From: Methanothrix sp.
GTDB taxonomy: Archaea > Halobacteriota > Methanosarcinia > Methanotrichales > Methanotrichaceae
Length of the DNA: 64,000 nucleotides
Direction: 5' to 3'
Assembly (NCBI GenBank): GCA_963682135.1
Contig: OY821645.1
Span: 2,720,001-2,784,000, forward strand
Shown piece after piece: positions 41,928 to 53,400 of this stretch (the first letter of the stretch is position 1; each line of letters opens with the position of its first letter). A program made the translations under genes and the position numbers. Below the pieces are notes generated by a model. That model worked only from the letters and a program-made list of their open reading frames with translations. It was not told where the DNA came from and searched no databases.

Positions 41928-43178
41928 ATGTCGTTTCAGATTGAGAAAATTCATGCTCGTGAGATCCTTGACTCGCGAGGAAACCCGACGATAGAGGTTG
42001 ATGTTTACACATGTTGCGGTTTTGGCCGCGCTGCCGTGCCCTCTGGGGCATCTACAGGCACGCACGAGGCTCTGGAGCTACGTGATGGAGGAGACAGATA
42101 TGGCGGCAAGGGCGTCCTCAAGGCCGTCAAGAATGTCAATGAGGTTATAGCTCCCCAGCTGCTGGGCATGAATGCTTCCGCTCAGAGGGAGATCGATGAT
42201 TTTATGATCGAGCTGGATGGCACGCCTAATAAAAGCAATCTCGGTGCCAATGCCATTTTAGGTGTCTCAATAGCAGTGGCCAAGGCGGCAGCCTCATCTG
42301 CAGAAATGCCGCTCTACAAATACCTGGGTGGCGTCAACACCGCTCGCCTTCCCATTCCTTCCTTCAACGTACTCAATGGTGGTCAGCATGCCGGCAACGA
42401 GCTCTCCATCCAGGAGTTTATGATTCAGCCCACCGGTGCCAGGAAGTTTTCCGAAGGCCTGCGCATGGCTGTGGAGACCTATCACGCACTGGGCAAAATC
42501 CTGAAGGGCAAGTACGGTGTGGGCGCAACCAACGTCGGTTATGAAGGTGGCTATGCCCCTCCCCTGGTCAAGACTCGCGATGCCCTTGATTCCATCATGA
42601 GTGCCCTTGATGTCAGCGGTTATGGTGATGAGATCAAGATCGGCCTGGACTCGGCTGCATCCAGCTTTTATATGGAGGGCGGCTACTCTGTGGATGGCAA
42701 TCGGCTCGCTCCAGGAGAGCTGATTGATTACTATGTCGATCTTGTCAAGACATACCCCATTATTCTGCTGGAAGACCCATTCGAAGAAGAGGCGTATGAC
42801 AGCTTTGCCGAGCTTACCGCCAAGCTGCCGGGCACGATAATAGTTGGGGACGACCTTTATGTCACCAACATAAAGCGTCTGGAGAAGGGCATCAAGATGC
42901 ATGCCGGAAACGCTCTGCTCCTCAAGCTTAACCAGATTGGATCTGTCTCTGAGGCTTTTGATGCGGCACGCATGGCCTTCCGGGCGGGCTGGAAGGTTAT
43001 GGCCTCTCATCGTTCCGCAGAGACAGAGGACTCGGCTCTTGCCGATGTGGCTGTGGCTCTGGGCTGCGAGCTGCTCAAGACCGGTGCACCGGCTCGTTCG
43101 GAGAGGACGAGCAAGTATAACCAGCTCCTGCGCATTGAGGAGCAGCTCGATGAAGCGGCGGCATACGCCACGATTTAG
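41928..43178 (+). CDS. eno: Enolase
   Basis: REILDSRGNPTIEV, VPSGASTG, LGANAILGVS, IVGDDLYVTN, LLKLNQIG, SHRSAETED and RSERTSKYNQLLRIEE. Confidence 0.97.
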   Translation: MSFQIEKIHAREILDSRGNPTIEVDVYTCCGFGRAAVPSGASTGTHEALELRDGGDRYGGKGVLKAVKNVNEVIAPQLLGMNASAQREIDDFMIELDGTPNKSNLGANAILGVSIAVAKAAASSAEMPLYKYLGGVNTARLPIPSFNVLNGGQHAGNELSIQEFMIQPTGARKFSEGLRMAVETYHALGKILKGKYGVGATNVGYEGGYAPPLVKTRDALDSIMSALDVSGYGDEIKIGLDSAASSFYMEGGYSVDGNRLAPGELIDYYVDLVKTYPIILLEDPFEEEAYDSFAELTAKLPGTIIVGDDLYVTNIKRLEKGIKMHAGNALLLKLNQIGSVSEAFDAARMAFRAGWKVMASHRSAETEDSALADVAVALGCELLKTGAPARSERTSKYNQLLRIEEQLDEAAAYATI

Positions 43179-43263
43179 GCTTCTAAGAATCAGAAAGGCT
43201 CTGTCCTGAGAATTTGGGACGAGCCAATTATTTTTATTTGACAAATTTCGCTGAAGCCACCTG

Positions 43264-43310
43264 CGGCCTCCCACGCCAGCGCGCGCGTGGGGGGCGGCCG
43301 TGGGAGGCCG
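43264..43310. repeat. GC-rich hairpin (12-bp perfect arms)
   Basis: CGGCCTCCCACG at 43264-43275 and CGTGGGAGGCCG at 43299-43310. Confidence 0.8.
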
Positions 43311-43341
43311 TGTCCAGAACATCGCCTCTAAAAACGGCCTC

Positions 43342-44160
43342 TCATTGCCACATCACTTCAAGGGGTTTTCGGCGGGGGACTGCGAAGACCCTGTATTTCG
43401 GGTTGCCAAACATCATGGCGTAGGCGCATTTGCGTCCCGCAGGCAGGCCGAGTTCTCTCTGGAGCGGTTCATAAGAGATGGCAGCCATGGCGACGAATCC
43501 TGCCCAGCAGGTGCCGATGCCAAATGCCGGGGCAGCGACATCGAAATGCGTCAGAGCAATGATAGCATCGGTGGAAGCTATCGGGTTATCCTCAGGAATG
43601 TGGGCGAAGAGCAGATGCGGGGCTCCCCGGCAGATGACGTCAACTCCCTGCTCCCACGCCGAAATAAACATCGGAACGTAACCGCTCATGGGATGGGAGG
43701 TATTCAGAAGGCTCTTCATCCATTCGATGGTCAGTTCGGCTATCTTCTTCACCTTATCTGGGTCATGAACAATAAGCCATTGCACCGGCTGGCCGTTGCT
43801 TCCCGAGGCGGCGTACCTGGCAGTATCGAGGATTTCGAGGATCTTTTCCTTAGGCACAGGATCACTGGTGAAGTGTCGCACGGACCGGCGTTTCTTGAGA
43901 TAGAACGATATTGTCCCTGGAGAAATGGTTCCGGCACCTTCCGGCAATGGCAGCTTCTCATCGGGCCGCAGGTTTAAGAAGAGCGCTTGTGACGGACAAA
44001 AAGCCTCGCAGTGACCGCACTGGAGGCACATGACTGCTTTTTCACCTGCGACCTTGGGAAGGATGTTTTCCTTCCCAGGATTTATGATCATAATAGGGCA
44101 GACAGCCGAACAGATCCCGCACCTAGAGCAGAGATCTTTATCAACGATTATAGTTTCCAT
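43342..44160 (-). CDS. Nitroreductase-family protein with an N-terminal 2x[4Fe-4S] ferredoxin domain
   Basis: CSRCGICSAVCP and CLQCGHCEAFCP, then RRSVRHF, AASGSNGQP and GIGTCWAG. Confidence 0.92.
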   Translation of the reverse strand: METIIVDKDLCSRCGICSAVCPIMIINPGKENILPKVAGEKAVMCLQCGHCEAFCPSQALFLNLRPDEKLPLPEGAGTISPGTISFYLKKRRSVRHFTSDPVPKEKILEILDTARYAASGSNGQPVQWLIVHDPDKVKKIAELTIEWMKSLLNTSHPMSGYVPMFISAWEQGVDVICRGAPHLLFAHIPEDNPIASTDAIIALTHFDVAAPAFGIGTCWAGFVAMAAISYEPLQRELGLPAGRKCAYAMMFGNPKYRVFAVPRRKPLEVMWQ

Positions 44161-44223
44161 CAATTATCATCCTTTCTGATTGCTTCTCTTGATTGAATAA
44201 GAATCTTGCCTGCACTCCGTGTG

Positions 44224-44390
44224 TTGCGGTTTGGCGAATTGCAAAAGGAGCTTCCTGGCGCATTAATACCAAGATTCTGACAAAGCAGCTACGCGTGCTG
44301 GAGGAAGATGAAGTAATCAATCGGCCAGTCTATCCGGAGGTGCCGCACTGTGTGGAATACATGATCACGGATTTCGGCAAAACTTTAACT
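44224..44390 (+). pseudogene. HxlR-family winged-helix regulator remnant
   Basis: LRFGELQKELPG, a frameshift, then INTKILTKQLRVLEEDEVINRPVYPEVPHCVEYMITDFGKTL. Both termini are missing; it is divergent from the nitroreductase. Confidence 0.8.
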
Positions 44391-44426
44391 GCTCAAATTT
44401 TGGCTGCAGCTTCCTCAGGCCACGGG

Positions 44427-44478
44427 CGGCGGCCTCGTGCGACCGTAGGGAGGTCGTGGGCCGAGGAGGAGGCCGCCG
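44427..44478. repeat. GC-rich hairpin (10-bp arms) with inner stem-loop CGACC-GTAGGGA-GGTCG
   Basis: CGGCGGCCTC at 44427-44436 and GAGGCCGCCG at 44469-44478. Confidence 0.75.
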
Positions 44479-44896
44479 GGGCGCGTAGCTCTCATGTTCA
44501 TAAAGGGCGAGTGAGAACGGTCTAGCTCGCTCGGTCAGGAAGCCTGAGGCAGGACAAGCATCGCAAGAAAAGCAAGATCCATTGGATTTGAAGATCTCGC
44601 GAAGGGAAGTCCAATAAATCTGGGAAAGCTATGCAGAGAGCAAACAAGAATAAGATGCACTCGGAGATGTATTTTGCTATTGGCCACAGGTTGTCTGGAC
44701 CATGAAGGAAAATATAAATTATTCATACGAAATGGATTCTGAGCAGGTGCGAAATACTTTCAGGACTATACACACGCCAACTTACCTAAAAAAAGCTAAG
44801 ATCAGATCTCCACTCACCCACAAACAGTCCTCAATTCCATGTAACACTTTATTTCCGAAGAAAGCATTATAAGCTTTCAGGCAGTGACTTAGACGC

Positions 44897-47800
44897 GTGA
44901 GTAAAAATATCCTTTCAACTGCGGCATGGCTGACTATTTCAATTCTAGGCATCTTAATCTTTCTTATATTTCCAATACATGCGGATGAAAATGCGAATTT
45001 AGCTTCATCCGGCCAGATATCGACGCCGATAAATTCGACAATTCAGGGTACTCTTATCCATAGCCCGGATAGCATCCAGCGAGAGATTGATGCGGCAGAA
45101 CCGGGAGATCTATTGATAGTAGAAAGTGGGGTATATTTTGAGGGGATCAATATAACCAAGACCATTTCTTTGATCGGAAGAGATACGGGTTTTGGACCGC
45201 CGGTAATAGATTCAGGTGGAAAAGGCAGCGCTGTGACGCTCTCTGCGGATCGTATATCTTTAGAAGGATTTAGACTTGTCAATTCAAGCGGGACTGAAGG
45301 AAATGCAGGTCTTAAGGTTATTTCAAATAAAAATGTTATCAGGAATAATAATATTGTTCGAAACAATGGAACGGGCATATCGTTGTCCAATTCGCAGGAA
45401 AACGAGATTACAAATAATACGATAATTGAAAATGGGCTTCATGGCATCTCCCTCGATAACAGCTCCTCGCATAATGAGATCGTAAAAAATGCGGTTAGCA
45501 GGAATAATGCAAGCGGCATTGGACTGTGGAACCGCAGCAATGATAATCTCCTCGAAGGTAATCTGGTTTTTTTTAATAAATTGGGCATAAGCCTCTGGAA
45601 TGAATGCGATCAAAATCAACTGCTTGGGAATAACGCCAGCCAGAATGATTTCAGCGGAATTCAGATCTATCAGGGAATGAATAGCACAATTGCGGAAAAC
45701 ACTGCTGTACTCAATAATTATTCAGGAATAGCTATAATCTCGTCAATGAAAAGCAGGATCATGGGCAATAATCTGAGCTGGAATAAGTATGGCATAAATA
45801 TGGCCGGGACATCAGGGGATGAGGTTTCGAGCAACCTGGCAAGATCGAATCGTATGCAAGGAATAAAAATATCCGATTCGATGAATTTGAGTCTCAAGGA
45901 GAACCAAATGGACCAGAACCTTGAAGCGCTTATGATCACTGGCTCAGAATCAATTATATCATACTCCAACAACGCCAGTTTTAATGAGGTGGGCATGACC
46001 TTCCTCGATAGCCGGCTCTGCACGATCAAGGATAATGAAGCCTTTCAAAATGGCAATGGCATGTTCCTGGTGGGATCATCTCAATGCATATTGACCTCAA
46101 ACAAGATCCACCATAACCGTCTTGAGGGACTGGCCCTTGGAAGATCCGACGACAATCTCATCCAAGAAAACGAGATACTATTTAATTACGATGGTATCTA
46201 TATCGATAATGCAATAAACAATTCTATCAAGAATAACCGAGCAACAGGCAACGCCGATCATGGAATATTGCTTTTTAATAACTCTAGCCATAATGCCCTA
46301 GTGAACAACAATCTGCAGAAAAACGGTTGGGGCATCCTTGTTTCTGGATCGCGGGATAATATCCTGACCGATAATATGGCAAATGATAACTATTACGGCC
46401 TTTATTTATCTGGATCACAGGGCAACAACCTATCTGGAAGCATTCTTTCAAGAAATATATTTAACTTCGGAGATATAGGCTTTGTGAGCCCGAATACCGT
46501 TGATCTCACCAATACCGTAGATGGAAAATCTGTTTATTATCTTGTGGGAGAATCAGAGGTCACCATAGATGGAAGATCAAAGGCGGGAGTTGTCTACTGC
46601 ATCGACTGCAGTAATATAACCATTAAAGGCCTCTCCATTTCCAACAGCAGCCGAGCAGTCTACTTTAGGAACACCACCGGATCGAATATAATTGGCAATA
46701 CCATAAGAACCAGCTGGAATGGTATCTTCTTGGAGGGATCTTCCAGCAACTTGATAGAAGCCAACGATGTCAAGAGCACTGAAAATGCCATATTCCTGGA
46801 GAGTTCGGAGCGCAATATTTTGAAGTCTAATAAAGCCATCGATAATTCTTATGGGATTGTTCTCGATTGCTCTCGGAGGAATTCTATAGCATCTAACCTT
46901 GCCGAGATAAACTATGTTGGCCTATTAATTGCCAACCTCAGCGAGGCAAATGAGGCGGAGAAAAATGATTTGGAAAGAAATGGCATAGGGATCTATTTGA
47001 ATGACTCCTATAACAATCTTCTTTATCAGAATAACGCCAGTAGAAGTGAGTATGTAGGAATAGATCTGGTCGATTCCAGCAGAAATGATATCACGGAAAA
47101 TGTTGCTTCTGCGTGCTGGCTGGGGATCTATTTAAAAGAATCTGCTGAGAACTCAATCCACGCAAATGAGATCGCGGGAAATCAACAGACAGGCCTGCAT
47201 TTTTTTAAATCCAATTCAAATAATATAAGTCAAAATGCAGTCCATAATAACAGATTAGATGGAATAATGATGGATGAATCCGATATCAATACAATATGGG
47301 CAAATGAAGTCCGGGACAATATCCGGGCAGGAATAAGAATCGTGAACTCCAGCAAGAACACTGTGGAGCAGAACAATGCTCTGAAGAATACTTGGGGGAT
47401 ATATCATGACAATTCCAGTCATGCTGTGATGAGAAGAAATTTTATGGCAAATAATAGATATAATTTTTATTCCCGGGGCGATAACGACATAGATGCCTCC
47501 AATAAGGTCAAAGCTGCGTCCATGGGACAAAACAGTTCCATATATTATCTTGTAAATGATTCTGATAGGAGCATAGAGCAGTCATCCAACCCAGGATTGG
47601 TCTATTGCCTAAACTGCACCAATATTACTATGAAAGGTCTAAACCTCACAAATAATGTCTATGGCATACTTCTGGAAAACACGACTGGTTCACAGATTGA
47701 GGGATCCAGGCTTAACGGCAATCAGATGGGAATTGGCCTTTTTGCCTGTAATGATAATAATCTGAGCAATAATGAGATTCTTGACAATGCCCAAGATGGG

Positions 47801-50401
47801 CTTCTAATCATTGATTCCAATAATAATGTGATGGAGAGAAACAATATCAGCAAAAATGAGATGGATGGCTTCGCTCTATCCAACTCATCCGGCAATAATA
47901 TATCTTTCAACCGCATGGATGAAAATGTCTATTCTGGGATAAGGCTCAATGGTTCCAGGTTGAATTCACTGCATTCAAATCTGGTTTTGGGTAATGGGGC
48001 GGGATTGCTTCTTGATTTCTCCGGAGGAAATGCTCTTGAGGATAACATAATCGATAATAAAGGCTGCAATTTCAATGTAACCGGTCGCAGTTATGCAGAC
48101 TTCGACAATAATATCTCTTCGAGCAATCTCCTCAATGAGAAACCCATTTATTATCTGGTAAATGCCTCCAATATCGCACTGAACTCGACCAGCAATGCTG
48201 GATCTGTGTTCGGCCTCTATTGCACCAACTTGACCCTCGAAAATCTGACCATCAGGGACAATTATATGGGCATTTACCTCCGTAATACTACCGGTTCTAA
48301 GGTGATTGGAAATCGTTTTATCAACAACACTTTCGGCATTTCCCTGTATGGCTGTGAGAATAATACTCTGGAGGATAATGCAGCCAAAGAAAACGAATAC
48401 GGCTATGACATCCGGTTCTCCGAGAGGAACGTCCTCTTGCGCAACCTTGTCAACCGCAGCACTGGCTATGGCATTTCTCTGCAGGAATCCCAACTGAATA
48501 CCCTGAGAGATAATGTAATGGAAAATAACCGCTACAGCCTTTCTGTCAACCGGGAAAACGACATAGACACCTCAAACAAAGTGAGCGGTCGTGCAGCATT
48601 CTTCCTGGTGAATGAAAAAGACCAGGTCCTAGACGGCTCCTCCCCGGCAGGCACGATCTACTGTTTCAACTGTAAGAATATAACCATTCGCGGTCAGAAC
48701 CTGAGCAGCAGCTCCAGCGGTATCGCCTTCTATAACACTACAGACTCCCTGATAGAAGATAATTACTTGCACCATAATCTGGTGGGGATCTATCTGGAGA
48801 ACTCCCACGGGAATATCCTGAGAGAGAATCAGATGATGCAAAACAACCAGAGCGGCATACGTCTATTTCAATCTCCCCAAAACAACCTGGAAGAGAACAA
48901 GGCAGCATTCAACCAGCATGGCATCAGCCTTCTCAATTCAAGGGGCAATACTCTTGCTTCCAATCTTCTCTCTGAGAATAGCGGAAGGGGAATCTGGCTA
49001 ATGGATAGTCTTGAGAATAATCTGACCAACAATAGTGCATATCAAAATGGCTATGGAATGTTTCTAGAATCTTCCGGCAGCTCCCGCCTGATAAGAAACA
49101 ATCTCAACTCAAATCAGTACAACTTTGCCTTATTGGCGGAAAACCGCAGCCATATGCTTAATTCAATTGAGCCGGACAACCTGGTCGATGGAAAGCCGAT
49201 TATCTTTCTCATAGGCTCGGATGGAGCGATGATAGATAAGAGCGATAATGCTGGGGCTATATATTGCCTTGATTGCAGCAATATCACAGTCAAAGAGCAG
49301 GAAATCAGCAATTCTTATCATGGAATATGCCTCTACAATACTTCAATGTCCCAGGTTATTGGGTGTAGCTTCAGTGATTGTATGACGGGGATCGCTATCA
49401 TCGACTCGGAGCGCAACATAGTCGATGGTAACCATTTTAAGAAAAATGGCCATGGTATATACCTAATGGATTCGATCTCCAACGCTATCTCTCAAAATCG
49501 GGTAGAGAGCAGCTGGAGCGATGGCATCAAGCTCTTGGAGTCCGATGGAAATGCAATATGGAAGAACGAGGTTGAATCCGGCAATTTGAGCGGCATATAT
49601 CTCGATCCATCAAACCGCAATAACGTAACCTCAAATCATATTTTGAACAACGGTCAGGATAATGTAAACTACGGACCGGGAAGCGATAGCAATAATCTGA
49701 GAGATAACCAGATTCAAGCCGAGATGGGAACAGGCGGTGGAAAGGACGAAGACCACTCACCTGAGGCAGAAACAATCGATTATTCGTCTCTGGTTGAGAC
49801 TGAGAAGTCCAAGCTCTGTATGGGGAAAATAGCTTTTGAACCAGAGAGGAAGATGATAGTAGGCGAGGTCTATAGAGTAGAAACCCGCATATCAATTAAT
49901 GAGAACGTTGAAGATCTCATCGCCGGCTTATCGTCCCAGGGAGAGGCCAAAGTAGAGAGTATTCCCGTCAGCACCTTTATGAAATTAAGGCTTACCGGTT
50001 CCAAGTTCGATATCGATTCAATAACCGACGAAAGGCAATTGGTAACCAAGGGCGGTCATCAAGAGTGGCTGTGGGATGTAACCCCTCTGGAATCGGGAAT
50101 GCATGATCTTACCCTCTCTGCCTTTGCTGAGATAATCCTGCCCGGTCAGAGTCCCATGACCATAGACTCGAAGGTATTCTCCACTCATATCAGCGTGACT
50201 TCAAAAGAGGTGCCTGTAGCCGAGAAGACGGAAGGATTCGTCGAGAAGAATTGGCAGTTCATTGTGGGAACCCTGATCATGGGATCCGGGCTGCTCAAAT
50301 GGATATTGGGCAAGATAAAGGCAAATGCCGCCAAGGGCAAAAGCCAGTCAGTGGATAAGGCAAAGGAACAGAAAAATGAGGATGAGAAGAAATCCTCCTA
50401 A
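44897..50401 (+). CDS. Giant NosD/CASH parallel beta-helix surface protein with a C-terminal TM anchor
   Basis: Dozens of GIxLxxSxxNxIxxN repeats and several NxVxGKxxYYL spacers. Ends with an Ig-like domain, the hydrophobic WQFIVGTLIMGSGLLKWIL and a Lys-rich tail. Confidence 0.88.
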   Translation: MSKNILSTAAWLTISILGILIFLIFPIHADENANLASSGQISTPINSTIQGTLIHSPDSIQREIDAAEPGDLLIVESGVYFEGINITKTISLIGRDTGFGPPVIDSGGKGSAVTLSADRISLEGFRLVNSSGTEGNAGLKVISNKNVIRNNNIVRNNGTGISLSNSQENEITNNTIIENGLHGISLDNSSSHNEIVKNAVSRNNASGIGLWNRSNDNLLEGNLVFFNKLGISLWNECDQNQLLGNNASQNDFSGIQIYQGMNSTIAENTAVLNNYSGIAIISSMKSRIMGNNLSWNKYGINMAGTSGDEVSSNLARSNRMQGIKISDSMNLSLKENQMDQNLEALMITGSESIISYSNNASFNEVGMTFLDSRLCTIKDNEAFQNGNGMFLVGSSQCILTSNKIHHNRLEGLALGRSDDNLIQENEILFNYDGIYIDNAINNSIKNNRATGNADHGILLFNNSSHNALVNNNLQKNGWGILVSGSRDNILTDNMANDNYYGLYLSGSQGNNLSGSILSRNIFNFGDIGFVSPNTVDLTNTVDGKSVYYLVGESEVTIDGRSKAGVVYCIDCSNITIKGLSISNSSRAVYFRNTTGSNIIGNTIRTSWNGIFLEGSSSNLIEANDVKSTENAIFLESSERNILKSNKAIDNSYGIVLDCSRRNSIASNLAEINYVGLLIANLSEANEAEKNDLERNGIGIYLNDSYNNLLYQNNASRSEYVGIDLVDSSRNDITENVASACWLGIYLKESAENSIHANEIAGNQQTGLHFFKSNSNNISQNAVHNNRLDGIMMDESDINTIWANEVRDNIRAGIRIVNSSKNTVEQNNALKNTWGIYHDNSSHAVMRRNFMANNRYNFYSRGDNDIDASNKVKAASMGQNSSIYYLVNDSDRSIEQSSNPGLVYCLNCTNITMKGLNLTNNVYGILLENTTGSQIEGSRLNGNQMGIGLFACNDNNLSNNEILDNAQDGLLIIDSNNNVMERNNISKNEMDGFALSNSSGNNISFNRMDENVYSGIRLNGSRLNSLHSNLVLGNGAGLLLDFSGGNALEDNIIDNKGCNFNVTGRSYADFDNNISSSNLLNEKPIYYLVNASNIALNSTSNAGSVFGLYCTNLTLENLTIRDNYMGIYLRNTTGSKVIGNRFINNTFGISLYGCENNTLEDNAAKENEYGYDIRFSERNVLLRNLVNRSTGYGISLQESQLNTLRDNVMENNRYSLSVNRENDIDTSNKVSGRAAFFLVNEKDQVLDGSSPAGTIYCFNCKNITIRGQNLSSSSSGIAFYNTTDSLIEDNYLHHNLVGIYLENSHGNILRENQMMQNNQSGIRLFQSPQNNLEENKAAFNQHGISLLNSRGNTLASNLLSENSGRGIWLMDSLENNLTNNSAYQNGYGMFLESSGSSRLIRNNLNSNQYNFALLAENRSHMLNSIEPDNLVDGKPIIFLIGSDGAMIDKSDNAGAIYCLDCSNITVKEQEISNSYHGICLYNTSMSQVIGCSFSDCMTGIAIIDSERNIVDGNHFKKNGHGIYLMDSISNAISQNRVESSWSDGIKLLESDGNAIWKNEVESGNLSGIYLDPSNRNNVTSNHILNNGQDNVNYGPGSDSNNLRDNQIQAEMGTGGGKDEDHSPEAETIDYSSLVETEKSKLCMGKIAFEPERKMIVGEVYRVETRISINENVEDLIAGLSSQGEAKVESIPVSTFMKLRLTGSKFDIDSITDERQLVTKGGHQEWLWDVTPLESGMHDLTLSAFAEIILPGQSPMTIDSKVFSTHISVTSKEVPVAEKTEGFVEKNWQFIVGTLIMGSGLLKWILGKIKANAAKGKSQSVDKAKEQKNEDEKKSS

Positions 50402-50414
50402 GATCAATAATAGA

Positions 50415-53400
50415 TCATGGACAGGATGTACCGGAGCATTGGAGATCCCAATCCTCGGGAGGCATCCAGTCACCTGAGGATGCCACACTGCTCTTATTGC
50501 CGATCGTCAGGACGGCGCTGTCATAAGCAGGCAATATGTCGCAGCCCTCCAACGATACCGCCTCAACTTTAACCTGATTGACCAGCCTACCTCCTTTTGT
50601 GACCATTACCTTGTAGACTATGGACATAGTGCCTTGTGGTTTGAGCGATATGACATTCCAGGTGATAGTATTGCTTTCACGGTCAAAGCTGGTGATGTCA
50701 GGAGTTGCCTCTACTAGCTTCATGCCTTGAGGCAGGCTGTCGGTTACAATGAGGCTGGTGGTGCAATTGCAGAGATTTTCAATGCTGAGGTGGTACCAAA
50801 CCAGATCACTGGCGGATTTATTGACATAGACGCTCTTCTTGACCATGATCAGATCATCGGTGGGAGGAAGTTCCAGCCAGCCGCCTTTAGTGACGGTGAT
50901 ATTGCTGGCGTAGGCCCAGCCCGCATCGTGACTTCCTGAGGCCTCCACACGGTTGACCAGTGTGCCGCTCGGATCTTCCCCCATCTCCAGCCAGAGGATG
51001 ATCTCAGACCTCCCACCTACGGGCAGATTGGTGAGAGTCCAGTTGGCGCTGGAGCTGGTCAGGCTGGGCCGGAGGGAGGAATTGACATAAAGGGCTCCGG
51101 GCGGGAAGAGGTCCTTTACATAAACTGGAGAGAGCATTTTGTTGCCATCGTTTTCCACAGCAATTTTATATCTGGCATAAGTCTTGCTGGGATTCGATTG
51201 ACTTATGATTTCCCCGTCCTTGATTACATTGATATGAGGACGATCGAAACGGGCAGTTCCCTTTATACTCGTCTTTTGTCTGATGGAATATTTGCCGATG
51301 TATTCCTGCTCCAGGTCCATTTCGCCTTTCATGGCCTGGCGATAGCTGGCGCTGCCGGTGAAGTTGGACTCGGTTTGGATGATGTTCAGGCCCATCACTA
51401 GGGTCTGCTTTTCCATGTCTTCCAGGTTGCGATACTCTTCTCCCAGGTAGGTGCTGCCCGGATCTCTGGAGTAGATGCCCTCACTCCAGTTCAATGATTG
51501 ATTGGGCCAGGAGGATATGGTTGGGTTCAGGCCGACCGGGTATGCGGTCAGATTGATATCCTTGTAGATGTAATTGGTGTATGTCTGGATCTCCTCCTGA
51601 GAAGAGTAATTTCCTGTTCCTGATTCATGGCTCCTCTGGCTATCTCCTATTCTTCTGTCTCCGGCCACAAATCCCGATCCCGAGGCGGATTTCTTTGAAA
51701 TTACACTCGAGCCGTATTCGTCAATCTTCTGATAGACTTTAAAGCTTCCAGCATAGTTTTCCAGAATATCCAGGAGGCTCGTCTTTCCGTCCACCTGCTT
51801 CTTTTGCAGGCCGAACCGGCCCAAGCCATCAAACTCGGAGGATTGTTCCATAACCGATTCGTTTTCATCCAGTTTTATGTGGCTCTCCAGGCTGATGTTT
51901 TGGGCATGGGAGAATGAGCCAGTCATGGATGTTCCAGTGATACGGTTCCTGGCCTGGGTCCTCTCTGTCCAGGGAGAAGTGGAATTGATGGTGCGCCTGT
52001 CGTAGAGTTTCAAGACTACTGGCTGCAGCCTGGCAGTTACGGATTTGTTCATCTGGATGGATTTGTTCTCCATAATCATACGAATCTCATCTTCGCTCTG
52101 GTAGAGGCCGCTGCCGTGCTCCCGGCTGGATAGCTCTGTGCCCGCTTCACCTAAAACTGTTACCAGAGATGTATCCTGGATCTGCTTTTTGGTGCTGGAT
52201 GAGAGGGCACGGACGGTATTCTTTATGACGAACTGCGGCAGGGTGGTTGAGTAATCATCGGCCACATTGACGTACCCTCCTCCGGATACGGATGAGGTCA
52301 TATCAAATTTTAAATTCGTCTTCGGGACCTGGACCATCAATGTGATCACAGCACACTCGCCTGGGGCAAGAGTTCCCAGGTGCCATTTGCCGTCTTTTTC
52401 TGTCTCCATTGAGCTATAAAGCAGTATGACCTGCGAGTCGAGGGCGTCCCAGGCGATGACGTTATCCAGGGGAAGGCTGCCAGTGTTGCAGATGGTGATG
52501 GTATAGGTGATGTTCTCGCCGCGCTTTACAGTCTTCTTATCTGCCTGCTTGCTAACACTAAGGGAGAGGATGTCGACATCGGCTCTGTCTGAAGCAAAAA
52601 CTGTGCCGCCTCGGGTAGTGTTTGCCTTCACACTGACCGTATTGGTCTGCATTCCTGAGACATCATCTTTAACCATGCCTATCATACTTATGAACTTCGA
52701 TTCGCCCGGCTGCATGGGGCCCAGATCCCGCCAGGAGACCAGATCACCCGAAGAGGTTGCATTGCGATCGTCTGAAACATAGCTAATTCCATTCGGCAGG
52801 TTGTCATTAACCAGAACCGATACCAATTCCTTCTGGCCGGTGTTGGTGATATTGATGCGGAATGTCACCTGGTCTGAGGGCTGAGCAAAAGAGGGATCAG
52901 CCTCTTTTTCTATGCTGATGTTTGCTGCTGCGTTCAGCTCCAGGGTATCTTCATCGCTCTGCTTCTGGCCGTCCTCAGAGGTGGCCTGGACGCTGGCCTT
53001 GCTGATCAGGGTTTCGGGAAGCTCATCATCCATAAGAGCCACCAGGTTGATCTCCTTAGTCTCTCCCGGTCTGAGCGGACCAGGATCCTGCCAGAGCAGA
53101 GTTCGGGTGCCGTTCTCCTCCTCCTGGGAGATGTCCGGATCCGGCCCGCTTTCTACGAATGTGCCAGCAATTCCTTTGGAGAGCTGGTCAGTTATACTGA
53201 TGTTGGTTAACTCAGAATCGCCGAGGTTGGTTACCATCAGGACGTATTGGGCATTGCTTGATGGCTGGCCGGTCTGGAGTGAGCCCTCCTGAGATATCTG
53301 TATTGAATCACTTATGGTTAATGCTCCATCCTCCAATAACGGATAATTATCTTTTTCTGATTCACCATCAATAGAATAAGGCGCATTGCCGATGCCGTCA

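Noticed and set aside
42530-42560. Enolase GYEGGY instead of canonical GDEGGF, suggesting an inactive enzyme
   Set aside because: The catalytic Glu and other active-site motifs are intact; most likely a lineage variant.
42294-43977. 342-aa and 225-aa ORFs opposite eno and the nitroreductase
   Set aside because: Antisense shadows of well-supported genes.
44193-44525. 110-aa ORF as an intact regulator
   Set aside because: Only the middle is HxlR-like. The start is out of frame and the tail is translated hairpin DNA.
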